A stretch of DNA of 64,000 nt, from positions 184,514,001-184,578,000 of the forward strand of contig NC_086097.1 in assembly GCF_963921235.1 (NCBI RefSeq), written 5' to 3'. The position numbers and the translations under genes are program-made. Positions within the stretch are counted from its first letter, which is position 1. Every line of letters begins with the position of its first letter. The stretch comes from Mobula hypostoma (lineage: Eukaryota). Positions 49,431 to 62,730 of the stretch are shown here, piece by piece. The notes under the pieces are model-generated. The model did no database searches. It was not told the origin of the DNA and saw only the letters and a program-made list of their open reading frames with translations.

Positions 49431-50940
49431 CTTTCCTTCAAGTCTGCAGAGATTTTATTTTGCTGTATTTTGGTTTGTGTGTTTTCATGTCCTTAGCTTC
49501 ATCTGCATTATGGTAGTCAATTATAACTATATAGCTCCATCAACAGAGCCCAAGCTCATTTAAAAACAGAAATGAGTCATAGAATTGCTTAGAACAGAGA
49601 ACTTTGTCTTTTCAAATCTAGGGAATAACCATTTCATTTTATCCTTCATTGTCTTCTATTATGTGTCCTCCTTTTGCTGTGAGCATTTTATAGGACACAA
49701 AACTTTCTATAAGCCCAAATAGACATTAACACATTATATTGTCATTGTTTAGATGGACATTTTGAACCAGACAATGATGTAGTACTGAAGGATGTTATAT
49801 AGCTCACCATATAACTGGCTGTACAAAGTATAAGCTATTTAATTCCCATATCCCGAATTTTCCTTGCAGCAGTCTGAGCTTCCACTGAGAAGTGGGAAGT
49901 TTGCTGATAAGGCTGCAGTTGAAGCTGAGATATTTCCACTACTTTGGAAAGACTATTCTGGAAAGACTGAGCAGTTCCCATGAAAAGACATGTGTATGTC
50001 TCCAGCTGGAGCACCCACACCTCATTGACACTTAGTGCAGGCCAGACAATGCAGAAGGCATTTTGTTATGAATGTAAATCAGTCTCTATGTTACCTCATC
50101 AAACAACTCATAGAAATCAAAACTTGTATTCAGTTTCAACTTACATTGAGCTATTATATGTGCTGTATCCTGCACGCCCTCCCCCACCCCCCGCCTAGAT
50201 CCCCATGACCACTGAAAATATCCCCAGTGCTCCACAGTAAATAAAGTGCCAGCATTTAAATGGGTGTCTGCATCTAGTGCACCTTAGAAATATGCCCTAA
50301 GTAAAACTGCTTCCTAATTCCATATTGGTGGAATTTCTGACTGGTCCCTCAAACGTCATCTACTGTGGTAAATAGTTTTGCCTGCCTGAATTATCTGATC
50401 AACCAGTTTGTACATCAAGTAATCTCACAATTCCTGATCCGTAACGATCTGGAAACTACCTCTCTACCAGTGTCTTTAGAATGACCTCAAAAGCATTCAT
50501 CACATAGGATTAAAATGGTTTTCACTCTGCCTTAATAAGAACTTTGGTTGTGCTTTGTAGCACTATCAGACTCAATAATTACCACGGTACTAACACCAGC
50601 AAACATACCACCTTCCTTTTCTTCTGCATGATCATTCTTGTACTCTGTTCTATGTCATCCCTGGGCTTTAAGAACATAGTCTGCATTCAGAAATGCTTCC
50701 ATAGATGAATGAGGCTGCTTGTACTTCGTGAGCTTGCTGATAGATCTACTGTATGCACTTACTGCTGTCCTTACAGTTCTAATAAATAACGCTGTTCTCT
50801 CTATTTTCCTTGTTTTAGTTCACTGTCATTGGCTATTGGAAAATAAGTTGCACGATCTACTGTATAACTTCAAAGTCCTGACTATATCCACTTGACAAAA
50901 GCTATTAATCTCCAATTACTTTCAGTACCACCAATGTAGG

Positions 50941-51365
50941 TTAAAGTTCAAAGTAAATTTTATAATTAGAGTACATATATGTCACCATATACAACCCTGA
51001 GGTTCATTTTCCTGCAGCCATACTCAGCAAAACTATAGAACAGTAACTATAACAGGATTCAACGAAAGAGCAAGAGCAGAGAAGACAACAAACTGCAAGT
51101 GCAAATATAAACAAATAGTAATAAATAATAAGAGCACGAAATAACAAGACAAAGAGTCCTTAAAGTGATATCATTTGTTGTGGGACCGTCTCAATAAACA
51201 AGTGTTGTTATCTTCTTTTGTTCAAGAGCCTGAAGGTTGAGGGGTAGTAACTGTTCTTGAACCTGGTAATGTGAGTCCTGAGGCACTTCTACCTTCTACC
51301 TGATGGCAGCTGCGAGAAAAGAGAATGGCCTGGGTGGTGAGGATCTTTGACGATGGTGCTGCTTT
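50941..51365 (-). mobile_element. Rex1-type LINE 3' UTR fragment
   Basis: Collinear with about 36920-37345. Confidence 0.78.
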
Positions 51366-51462
51366 AACGTAGATGACAGGGTTTCATTTATTTCATATAC
51401 GTTTCCTTCTTACCAATGTTTGTTAACCAGATCTACACTAGACAAGGCAAATATATATAAGA

Positions 51463-51640
51463 GTGCCAAAGTAGAGTAGTGGTTAGTGTGACACTATTAC
51501 TGCTCAGGATGTCAGAGTTCAGAGTTCAAAGTTCAATTCCAGCGCCATAGATAAGGAATTTGAATGTTCTCTTAGTGACCACATTGGTTTCCTCTGAATG
51601 CTCCACTTACATCACACAGTCCAGTTTTATGGTTGGCAGT
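51463..51640 (+). mobile_element. Degenerate tRNA-derived SINE
   Basis: GTTCAATTCC B box followed by a V-domain-like core. Confidence 0.6.
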
Positions 51641-53840
51641 GATGTCTGTGGTGTGGACTTCCCCATTAGTGACTTCAATTATGTCCAGCCACCAGCTTTG
51701 ATGATTTTCTGGCATACTTATAAAAATTGTGTTTTGTGCAAAAACCTGCATTGACTTCATTACACCCAATGAAATTCATAACTATAAGAACTACTCTGCA
51801 ATGTACCAAGTTGTGAAGATTATGTAGGAGAGATTTACAAAAAGGGCAATTTGTAAGAGCGGGTCATCACTAACACCACTGCTCTGTCAGATATCCATAT
51901 TTAACTGTGAATGTCCTTTACTTTTCAGAATAATGCTGGTGAACACCAACAATTTCACCGCCATTAAAATCAAAAAATCTGGGTCATTGCCTTTGAGTCA
52001 AACCCCAAAATATTGTCATTTGGAGTCTGGAATTGCAGTTGCTTAATGTACGAAAAAGGCATTTTTTTTCATTTTATTGCTCTCATATCATAAAAGTAAT
52101 ATACACCAACATCAATGTTAATATTAAGAAGTATTTAAAAATGCATGTTTCTGATATTGGTTTCGTATCACATCTCAACAACACTGTTGAATCTCAAAAG
52201 AATCCAGAATTCTATCTACCCTTTGTATTTATCAACCAAAAGTAGTTTTATTACATGACATTTTAATCATAAAACTGTTTGCTTCAGATTTTGAAACTTC
52301 ATATATGGCATTTTGCTGCAAAATTGTATCTGAGAAAACTTTATTAATTTCATATATCAAGTTCAGAGTAGCCATCTGTTCATTCTGTGCTAGCTTCTGC
52401 CTCCATCTGTCCTGCTTCCTTTCCTTCTCTGATGGCAAGGGCTCAGATGATGGGGAAGTTTAGCTCTGACTTTTTATTTGTCACTCATCATAAGCCAGAT
52501 GCACATATTTAATAAACAGCCTGCTGCAACTGGTGTTGTTGAATTTCAATCTCTATGGCTCTTTATCCTGTAAATAGACCAGGATTCCAGATTGTATGTT
52601 GCATAGAGTGAGCTCTACTTTACCAGCTCTAATTTGACTGCCACTGCAATCTCATAAATATGGATTAGTCAGTACATGCCCTTAGAAGCTGAACTGTACA
52701 GACGGACCTTGAATTCCAGGTGGCAATCATAATACAAATTATAAATGCTATGCACAATATGCTCTGCTTGTGTATAAGAAAGAACGGTAAAAAATGTATA
52801 GTTTTAAAAGGAATTTGCAATTTAGGTGTATAATATATCATAGCCAGAAGTAACAATCTAATTAGAATTTTCACATTTCTGACTTCTTTGTGGTTAGCAT
52901 CAAGACCTGTCTATTTTCTTATCTTACTGCCAAATATTTCATTTGTGTTACATGTTTAAAACGTACATTTAGACACAAATTTATATTTGATGTCATCCAG
53001 ACTGCTTGTAATCTACTCCAATTAACTGAGGGAAAGATAATCCCATTAGCCCATTCCACATCCCAATGCAATGACTGGGTTTAGCCATGATCCTCCCTTG
53101 GTTAAATATTCCGTCCACAGGTTGTTTGTACACAAAGAATCCCAGTTGGGCAGACTATGGAGAGCAGCCAGAACCAGCAAAATTATACACCAGCTTTGAA
53201 GATAAGAAGGAATTTGTTTAAAGAACATGAATGCATTAAGATTTACGGCATTTCAGAAGAGGCAATTAGATTGGAGCAATAAAATGCTGGCTTCCAAAAC
53301 AACACCCACTGTTCTTAAATGAATATATTTTTAAAATGCCATCTTGTAAAATTGAAGCAAGGAAAACATATTTGTCTTTCTTTAAGTCAGGAGCTACAGT
53401 ACGTGGCATACTTCCTTTTGAAGATACTTCCCAGAAAACTGACTTATTTTTGATTCCAGTTCCGAATCATGTCTGCAAATTGCTTTTGCATGATTGGCAT
53501 TATTGAGAAAACTAAATGGTGAAGCATACATCATGACAGGAGTGTGTAGAATAGTTTCCAGTGGCAATGTCTGTCATAACTAACAGGAGTGTTGTGAATC
53601 CTAAATATGAAGAATCCTTGGATCCAGTACCACAAAGAACCCAGCCCAGTGCGATTTTTTTTCAGTGGATCTTTGTTGATTATTAGACTTGTTAGTAATT
53701 GACTTGGAGGGACGTTAGTCAGATAAAAATATGTTGAAGATATTTTTGTAGTAGGTGCAATATATCTGATTTATGACAGTACTATTCTAGTGCTGGGGAG
53801 ATCTCCATCCCTCAGAAGAATAGATGATTTGGTAACCAAA

Positions 53841-54301
53841 AGGTTCAAAGGTTCATTTTATTATCAAAGTATGTATGTAGAATACATCCCTGAGATTTGT
53901 CTTCTCCAGATAGCCATAAAATAGAGAAAACCATAGAGTAGTTGAAAGAACATCAGCAATTGGGAAAACCAATTTCCCCCGGGATCAATAAAGTATGACT
54001 ACTACTGCTACGACTACTACTAATTCCATCCCCCAACACACACAAAAAGAAAATAAACAAAAACTTGTAAACCCCAAACCCCCAACCCTCCCTCACACAA
54101 AAACTAACAGATCACCCACATGGAGACACAACAACAAGAATATCAAATCCCAAACCCCCAGCACCGCCAATCAGCAACAAGAAAGAATGGGCAAGAGCAT
54201 GAAAAAGGTAGAACTGAAAGAGGCCAGTTTGTACTACAGTTAGTTTGAACTACAGTCCAATACATAAAACTCAGAAGTTTGATAACATCTTTGAGAGCAT
54301 T
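53841..54301 (-). mobile_element. LINE-tail-bearing element leading into the minisatellite, with a short + strand LINE tail at ~53960-54022
   Basis: Starts AGGTTCAAAGGTTCATTTTATTATCAAAGT like the Rex1 tails here. Insert reads AATTTCCCCCGGGATCAATAAAGTA followed by (CTA)n. Confidence 0.5.
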
Positions 54302-55310
54302 GGGACCCAGCGGCCCCTCCGAGGGCAGCGACTCAATCCAGTGGCCCCTCCAAGGGCAATCATTCAAACCCAGCAGCCCCTCCGAGGGCAGTCATTTAAA
54401 CCCAGCAGCCCCTCCGAGGGCAGTCATTCAAACCCAGCAGCCCCTCCGAGGGCAGTCATTTAAACCCAGCAGCCCCTCCGAGGGCAGTCATTCGAACCCA
54501 GCAGCCCCTCCGAGGGCAGTCATTCAAACCCAGCAGCCCCTCCGAGGGCAGTCATTTAAACCCAGCAGCCCCTCCGAGGGCAGTCATTCAAACCCAGCAG
54601 CCCCTCCGAGGGCAGTCATTTTAACCCAGCAGCCCCTCCGAGGGCAGTCATTTAAACCCAGTAGCCCCTCCGAGGGCAGTCATTCAAACCCAGCAGCCCC
54701 TCCGAGGGGAGTCATTTAAACCCAGCAGCCCCTCCAAGGGCAGTCATTCAAACCCAGCAGCCCCTCCGAGGGCAGTCATTTTAACCCAGCAGCCCCTCCG
54801 AGGGCAGTCATTTTAACCCAGCAGCCCCTCCGAGGGCAGTCATTCAAACCCAGCAGCCCCTCCAAGGGCAGTCATTCAAACCCAGCAGCCCCTCCGAGGG
54901 CAGTCATTTAAACCCAGCAGCCCCTCCGAGGGCAGTCATTTTAAACTAGCGGCCCCTCCGAGGGCAGTCATTTAAACCCAGCAGCCCCTCCGAGGGCAGT
55001 CATTCAAACCCAGCAGCCCCTCCGAGGGCAGTCATTTTAAATCAGCAGCCCCTCCGAGGGCAGTCATTTTAACCCAGCAGCCCCTCCGAGGGCAGTCATT
55101 TTAACCCAGCAGCCCCTCCGAGGGCAGTCATTCAAACCCAGCAGCCCCTCCGAGGGCAGTCATGTAAAACCAGCAGCCCCTCCGAGGGCAGTCATTCAAA
55201 CCCAGCAGCCCCTCCGAGGGCAGTCATTTAAACCCAGCAGCCCCTCCGAGGGCAGTCTTTCGAACCCAGCAGCCCCTCCGAGGGCAGTCATTCAAACCCT
55301 GTGGCCTCTC
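54302..55310. repeat. GC-rich minisatellite, 32-bp unit, about 31 copies
   Basis: Unit AAACCCAGCAGCCCCTCCGAGGGCAGTCATT(C/T); period 32 (54366, 54398, ...); edge units more diverged. Confidence 0.97.
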
Positions 55311-55598
55311 TAAGAACCGTTCACTCTCCTCCGCACTTGACTTGACATCTCAAACTTCCTCGTTGCTTTAATCGGTGAGAAACGCAGATGATGATGGCAC
55401 CTCGTCTCATCTCTGAGCTTCTCTTCTTGGTAGCTTGTTCTACTCAATCACCAGAATGACTGGAGATAGAAAGATCAAAGATCAAACTACGCCGGCAAAA
55501 GTTACAGAGAAGGACCGGGGCTGAGTCTTTATAGGAGTTTAACTTATCAGAGAATTCAGAAAGAAGTAGTTATATGTCTGCTTTTTTCGGAAGTAATA

Positions 55599-55878
55599 TA
55601 GGTTTCCCCCATCATCTGAAGGTAGAGCGTTCCTATGAAACAGTTCGTAAGCCAGAATGTTGTAAAGCTGTATATGGGAAAAGTTTGTGATACCGATCCG
55701 TGAAGCATGCAGCATCTTTAAGAAAAAAGCCGAAATAAACAAGCTAATTAATTAGGTGTGCTGCCTTTTTTTCGTAACAGTGAAACCACCTTCCGTTAGC
55801 GAAAACAGGGAACTAATGTAGGTCTTTCGTAACAGTGAGGTTTCGTAAAGTGAACGTTCGAAAAGCGGGGGACCCCTG
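55599..55878. mobile_element. Tigger/pogo-like MITE (~280 bp)
   Basis: Imperfect TIRs TAGGTTTCCCCCATCATCTGAAGGT / ACGTTCGAAAAGCGGGGGACCCCTG, TA on both sides, repeated TTCGTAA motifs. Confidence 0.65.
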
Positions 55879-57339
55879 TAGCTAGAAATATTGGGGATGG
55901 GGAAGTGAGCAAGTTTTACATGCTTGAAAATCTGTGCAAGTAGCAATCTGCATGGTGATGGAGGATCATTGGAAGATTGAAGGCCTGAAATTTCTTCCAA
56001 TTTCCTTGAACCTTGGAATGATATAGCCATAGGTATTGCTCCTACTGGAGCAATGAGACACTGAGCAACATCTGTTTATGTAGCAATGGACGCCCAAAGA
56101 TCGTGGTGCATGCTAGTCGTGACTGCAAGTGCTGAAATGGAACTGTTCTCAATTTGCGTACTGGAAAAGATACAACAAAAGCAGAACCCTCTCAGCTTTT
56201 CTTTCAGCTTTGTGCTCTATCAAAACCATATCTTTAGCCATACTGTACTCTCTAAATGCCTTGATTGTTTATACAGATTTTCAGGCAGAGCTGTCAATGC
56301 TCCAATTATCATATTGTGCCTCTGTCAGCAGTTTGCCTCTTCGAAGTTCATTTTGGATTCCTTGATCCTCAGGATGTTGGTGTTTGGCTTACTCTTATTC
56401 TGTCTTAGTTGCAAGTCTTTACCTAGTTATTATGGTGCATAAGAAGGCTATTCATTGGGTCCAGCTGACTACTAACAAAGCACACCCACTTGTCCCACTA
56501 CCCCATCTCCTTAATTCTCTTTGACACTGCAGCTGCTGAGTTTGAGATTGGGGCAGTTATGAGTAATGCCAGATTTAAAATGCAGACAGGGTCTGTTGGG
56601 ACTTCCTGCTGAGTTTGAGATTGATTGAGTTACTAGGCATTGGCAAGGGCCAAAGAAAAAGCTAGGCTTAAGCAGAGTGGCCATTGTTGAAATGGGCACA
56701 GTTAGAGTGAGGAACTGAGACTTTAGCTCAAGAGGCTTCAGTGAGAAGAGTCAGAGGCTAAGGATCTGGAGGCCATTTTCGATCACCTCTGCAGTGAGTG
56801 TTGAGAAGGAAAATAAATCAACCACTATTGAATGGATGGAGCAGGTTTGTTGGGCCATATGGCTTAATTCTGTTCTTATGTCTTATATTCTAAAAATTAA
56901 AAGAAAAACAGGAATGATTGAAGCTCTACATCAGTTAACATCCATGGAGGATGTTCAATATATGTTCATTCATATTTTCCTTTGACTGCTCTGTAGAGAC
57001 AAATTACAGCAATGTAACACTCTGGAGACGTTGTTTCAAAAATGAAGTAAAATTTTAAAGAAATTTCAACAGTTAAGATGTGATTTTAATATTTTTCATG
57101 GCTCAATCAATGTACATGGTAATTTATAGAAACAATTACTTTTTTTGACAATGAGTATCTCTCAGAAAGAAAATTCAATTGACATTTAACAATATTACCA
57201 TTGTTCAATTCTCCGGAACTGGCATCCTGGTATTTGTAATGGACTGGCAGTTTAGCTTGACATGCTTGAGAAATGCTGGGTATATGAGGGTAGAGCCTGA
57301 ATTTTCTTCAATAAGTGACTTACCTTTTGATTCCCCAAA

Positions 57340-57520
57340 TCTTTTCTGGGTTAGGTTTAGTAAGTTGTGGGCATGCTACTTCGGTGCCAGAAGCAGGGCA
57401 ACACTTACACGCTGCCCCCAGAACATCCTCAAATTGTTTAGAGGCATTGACACAAGCAACACTTTTCACTGTATGTTTCAATGCTTCAATGAACATGTGA
57501 CAAATAAAGTTAATCTTATA
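57340..57520 (+). mobile_element. SINE 3' half
   Basis: Collinear with about 42310-42470. Confidence 0.65.
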
Positions 57521-58734
57521 AAGTTCACCTGCAGCTGTTTGATCCAGTGTAGGTCACGTGCAAAATCCATGCTCCCATTTCCTGACAGTAGCACCAGGAG
57601 AGTGAATTGCTTTGGGACTTGAGTTCTGCTCCTATCCTTTACCATCTCCTTTACTGGTGCACCAGTTTAATTGTGTGTTTGCAACGGGAAGACACACTGC
57701 AACAGTTTATCAAGACACATTTGACAAGACTTGGCCATTTTGCAAGTTCTACCACCTACAAAAATAAAGGCATAAAATGCAAGTGAGCTCCCTGAGCTTC
57801 CATGCATAAGCAAGCAGATTGTTGTCTAATTTTAGTAAGCACTTGCTAATACTCTACTTTCCTGATGGCATTTAGCAAAGGGTATTTTGAAAATAATATC
57901 CATTGCATAATATGCAAATATTATACTGTAAACTAACATATCTAAACTGCCATGCATTCTGCTGAAGTAAATGATGATCATTTTGTCTTAGCAAACTATT
58001 CTACTGGAGCCAAGATCTTCAAGTTGTGGGTGTTTGTTATCCAGACTGGTCAGGAAATAGTCTTCTTCTGCCATTGTTGTTCAGCTGTAACTTTTGGCAG
58101 GAGAGCTCTTAAAGAAAAATCTCATTTGAAGAACTTAATTTTAGGATATTAAGTATTAACTGCCAAAACAGTAGCAAGAATGAGTAAATTTCAATACAAT
58201 TAAGATCTTGGATTGTAAATGTATAAAGTATCCAAGAGTTCCAGTTTGACATGGCTTTTAACTATGTCAAAATGTACATAAATTATGACTTCCTAGTTCC
58301 AGATATTGTCACATTACTTTCAGTGAGTCTGTGTGGAGACTATATTGGATTTTTATCACTACTAAAATTACAAAACTATAATATAATTATATGCAGATAC
58401 ACATTACACATGCCTTGAGTCAAATGTACTAATATCAGGGGCAGCAAGATAAAACCTGAGGAATGGGCATAGCCAAACACACTCATTTCTCAATTGCTAG
58501 GAAATTTCAGACTATTCTAGAGGTGTTTAGCATTGTGGCTTTATGGAGATTTACTTAACTATTTCAGTCGGTAAGTATATAAAGACCAAGCATTCGAAGG
58601 ATACGCCACAATGAACGACGTACTTATAAGGTCTCCTTGCATGGTGATGTAAAGTTTGCAAGTAAATTGCCAAGATCAGAGAACAACTCGACTCAACAAT
58701 CAACCACCCGAGTTTCACATTTTCCAAATTATTC

Positions 58735-59402
58735 CCACTGCGTCCTTTGGTCCAAGACTCTCCCTCTAATGGAAACATCCTTTCCATGTCCACTCTATCT
58801 AGACTTTTCAATGTTCAATAGGTATCTATGAGATCCCCCTTCATTCTTCTAAACTCTAACAAGTACAGGCCCAAGGCCATCAATCACCACTCATATGTTA
58901 ACCCTTTCATTCCTGGGATCATTTTTGTATACCTCCTCTGGATCCACTCCAGTACCAGTTCATAGATATGGGGCCCAAAACTGCTCACAATACTCCTAAT
59001 GTGGTCTGACTAATGCCTTATAAAGCCTCAGTATTACATTCTTTCTTTGATATTCTAGTGCTCTCAAATTAAATGCTAGCATTGGCCTGTTTCACTCCCA
59101 ACGCAACCTGCAAGTTAAGCTTTAGAAATCCTGCACTAGAACGTCCAAGTCCCTTTGTATCTCCATTTTTGGAATTCAATCTTGTTTAGAAATAGTCTAC
59201 ACCTTTATTCCTTCTGTCAAAGTACATGACCATACATTTCTCTACACTGTATTCTATTTGCCTTTTCTCTGTCCATTCTCCTAATCTTCCAAATCCTTCT
59301 GCAGATGCCCTGCTTGCTCAATGCTGCCTGCTCTTCCACCTAACTTTATATCATCCACAAACTTGACAACAAAACCATCTATTCCATCATCCAGATCATT
59401 AA
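58735..59402 (-). mobile_element. CR1 RT fragment
   Basis: LDRVDMERMFPL.GES motif; collinear with the RT region of the 31621 element. Confidence 0.82.
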
Positions 59403-59679
59403 GATTCAAGATTCAAGATTGGTTAATGTCATTTCCAGTACTCAAGTGCAAAGAAAAACAAAATAATTGTTACTCTGGATCCAATGCAGCACCAAAATAA
59501 ACGTAATAGGAGAAAGAACATAATAAATTTAAAAATGTATGGCACATCAATAGCATTACAGCACAGTACATGCCCTTTGGCGCATAATGTTCTGTAATTC
59601 TTCTAACCTCTTTCAAGATTGTTTAATGTCATTTCCAGTACACAAGTTTAAAGCAAAACAAAATAATTTTTTCTTTCGA

Positions 59680-61110
59680 TTGGTCGCTTTAACCAGTGAC
59701 AATCTGGGAGATCAGAAGCTTGAGAGGAGGGAATTTCACTCTGGTTCGCTGACCAAGTATAAAAGGCAGCAACTCGCGGCAGTTTTTTGGAGCACTGGCC
59801 AGCAACCAATCGGCATTTTGGATTAATTAGAAAGAACAAATTAACGAAGACTGGTGCAAGTGGAGTAGCCTTTGTTGGAGTGGACAGAGTTAGAGTGGAG
59901 CTTCTATGGGTTTAGCTCTTCAAGGCTTCAGAAAAAAAGAAAGGCTTCCATCAGAAAAGGCAAAAAAGTAAAGCTGTAGGTAGAGTACTCTCCACTTTAC
60001 ATTTGATCAGATATAACAGTAGAGTTGACTGGCATGATAGTGAAATGCTCCTCTTGAGGGATGTGGGAAGGCAGAGAGGCCTCCAGTGTCCCTGACGACC
60101 ACAACTGTGAGACGTGCATCCATCTGCAGATTCTAACAATATGCATTGAGGAGATGGAGGGGAGAGATAGGAGCTGAAGGGGAGATAGAGAGGTAGTTAC
60201 AGCCAAGATGCAGGACGCAGGAAACTGGGTGACAGTCAGGACAGTCTAGACGTGATGGAGCAGAAGGGATTAAAGGAGGAGGGATGGCATTACTCATCAG
60301 GGAAAGTGTCATGGCAGTGCTCCATCAGAACAGACTGGAGAACTTGACTAGTGAGGCATCATGGGTGGCACTGTGGAATAAGAAAGGTATGACCACGTTA
60401 ATGGGGCTATATTACAGACCACCCAACAGTCCTAGGGATTTAGATGAACAAATTTGTAGAGAGATGCAGACTGTTGCAAGAAACATATGGTTGTGATAGT
60501 TGGTGGTTTTAACTTTCCACAAATTGACTGGGAATCCCATACTGTAAAAGCACTTGATGGGATAGAGTTTGTCAAATGTGTTCAGGAAAGTTTCCTTCAT
60601 CAGTACATCAAAGTCCCAACAAGAGAACCTGCGATATTGGATCTGCCATTAGGGAATGAGACATGGCAGGTAACAGAAGTTTGTGTAAGGGAACACTTTG
60701 CATCTACTGACTACAGTGTCGTTAGTTTCAAAGTAAGTATACAAAATGATAGGTCTGGTCCGCAAGCTGAGTTTCTAAATTGGAGAAAAGCCATTTTTGA
60801 TGTATCAGAGATGATTTGTGAAGTGTGGATTGGGACAGACTGTTTTCCTACAAAGGTGTACTTGTTAAATGGAAGGCCTTCAAAACCAAACTTTTGCGAG
60901 TACAAAATCTGTATGTCGGAATAAAGTGTAAAGATATTGAGCCTTCCAGAAGAAATGGGAAAGGTATCAAGTGTAGGGAATCTTGGATTTCAAGAGATAT
61001 TGAGGTTCTCGTTAAGAGAATAAAGGAGGTGCATAGCACGTATAGGCAAGTAGGAACAAATGAGGTGCACATGGACTGTAAGAAATGCAAGAGAACACTG
61101 AAGGAAGTAA
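59680..61110 (+). mobile_element. CR1 5' portion (UTR with TATAAAAG at 59758, ORF1 zinc-finger start, internal deletion, endonuclease)
   Basis: ATGATAGTGAAATGCTCCTCT.. (C..MWE..PDDHNCETC); GLYYRPPNS; GGFNFPQIDW; PTREPAILDL. Confidence 0.8.
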
Positions 61111-61522
61111 TCTCATGTCCCTTCTGGCTCTCCTAATTTCATTCTTAAGATCCTTCCTGACTACCATATAAGTCTCAATCGCCCTGTCTGCCACTTGCTT
61201 CCTAAACCTTAAATATGCTTCCTTCTTCCTCTTGACTTAAGTTATGTTTCAACTTTTCTTGTCAACCATAGTTCCTTTACCCTACCACCCTTTCCCTGCC
61301 TCAATGGGACAAACATCTCCAGAACCCCATACAAGTGGTCCCTAAACAACCTTCATATTTCCCTCGTATATTTCCCTCAGTACATCTGTTCCCAATTTAT
61401 CTCCTAATGACATCTTAATAGACTCTCCGCAATTAAATACTTTCCCATACTGTCTACTCCTATCCCTCTCCATGACTATGTTAAAGGTCAGGGACTTATG
61501 ATCACTGTATCCAAAATGCTTT
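61111..61522 (-). mobile_element. CR1 endonuclease-RT linker fragment of a different family
   Basis: RKDLKNEIRRARR motif; HFGYSDH at the right end. Confidence 0.72.
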
Positions 61523-61544
61523 CTGAAAAGTTTTGGAGCTTTTT

Positions 61545-62480
61545 GATCAGAACTGTAGAAATGATTGTGTTAAATGCTGAGCTGTAGTCAATAAACAGCA
61601 TTGCGACATAGGTATTTGTATTGTCCAGGTGATCCAAGGCTGCATGAAGAACCAATGAGATTGCACCAATGTAGACCTATCGTAGTGATAGGTAAATTGC
61701 AGTGGGTCCAGGCTGAGACAGGAGTTAATTCTAGCCATAACCAACCTCTCAAAGCACTTCTTCACTGTAGATGTAAGTGCTACTGGAAGATAGTCATTAA
61801 GGCAGCTCACCATGTTCTTCTTTGGTACTGGTATAATTGTTGCCCTTTTGAAGCAGGTGGCAACTTCAGACTGTAGCAAGGAGAGCTTGAGGATATTTTT
61901 GAACACTCGCCAGTTGGTTGGCACAGGTTTTCAGGGCCCTACCAGGTACTCCATCAGGGATGGAGAACTTGCAAGGTTTCACCCTCTTAAAAGACAGCCT
62001 GACGCCAGCCTCTGAGACAGAGATCACATAGCCGTCGAGTGCCGCAAGGATCCGCACAGCTGAAGTTCTATTCTCCCTTTCAAAGTGCGCATAAAAGGCA
62101 TTGAGCTTGTCACTGCACTTACAGTGTTAGGTTTCACCTTGTAGGAATTAATGGCCTGTAAACCCTGCCAGAGTTGACATGTATCCGATGTCCACAAGTC
62201 ATACCTGGTTTTCTTGTGTGGACTTGGGATGCCAGACATGAATGCCAGAGATCCAGCCCTCAGCAGACTATGAACCTCCCGGTTCATCCACTGCTATTGT
62301 TTCAGGTACGTACAGTACGTTCTCAGCACACACTCATCCACACAGGTTTTAATGAAATCAGTGGCAACTGTGGAATACTCATTCAGACTCGAAGCTGAAT
62401 CCCTGAATACTGTGCAGTCCACCAATTCAATGCAGTCTTGTAAGCACTTCTGCGGCTCTCTTGTCCGTACCTTCTTAACT
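61545..62480 (-). mobile_element. Rex1-type LINE internal fragment
   Basis: [49 protein letters not shown]. Confidence 0.85.
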
Positions 62481-62484
62481 CCAC

Positions 62485-62730
62485 AACTTTGTTATTTCCC
62501 ATCACCACCTTATATACAGCCTAGCATCACTTTATGGACATACAATCAAACTATGCATATAAGCTATCATATGTATTTATATTTATTGTGTGTTACTTAT
62601 TATTGTTATTATTAAGTTCTCTATCATGTGTGTTTATTTTTGTGTTGCATCAGATCCGGAGTAACAACTATTTCATTCTTCATAACTTGTGTACAGGAAT
62701 GACATTAAACAATCTTGAATCTTGAATCTT
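62485..62730 (+). mobile_element. Rex1-type 3' UTR with (TTGAATC)n tail
   Basis: ATTAAACAATCTTGAATCTTGAATCT; reverse complement of the tails near 59401 and 59611. Confidence 0.65.

Noticed and set aside
46600..53300. Short protein-like ORFs in unique DNA (46600-46851, 49835-50020, 52232-52438, 53046-53228)
   Set aside because: No recognisable family and no consistent splice phases, so no gene model can be supported.
54279..54719. 146-aa repetitive ORF
   Set aside because: By-product of translating the 32-bp repeat (96-nt superperiod); stops depend on the variable junction bases.
54302..55310. CRISPR-like array (32-bp units with an internal palindrome)
   Set aside because: Units are contiguous with no unique spacers, there are no cas genes, and the context is eukaryotic.
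56086..56442. 118-aa ATG-initiated ORF
   Set aside because: No domain signature; composition typical of a chance ORF.
59401..59672. ~55-bp direct repeat at 59412 and 59612
   Set aside because: Both are the 3' tail of the LINE family also seen at ~62660-62730; ordinary repeat copies.
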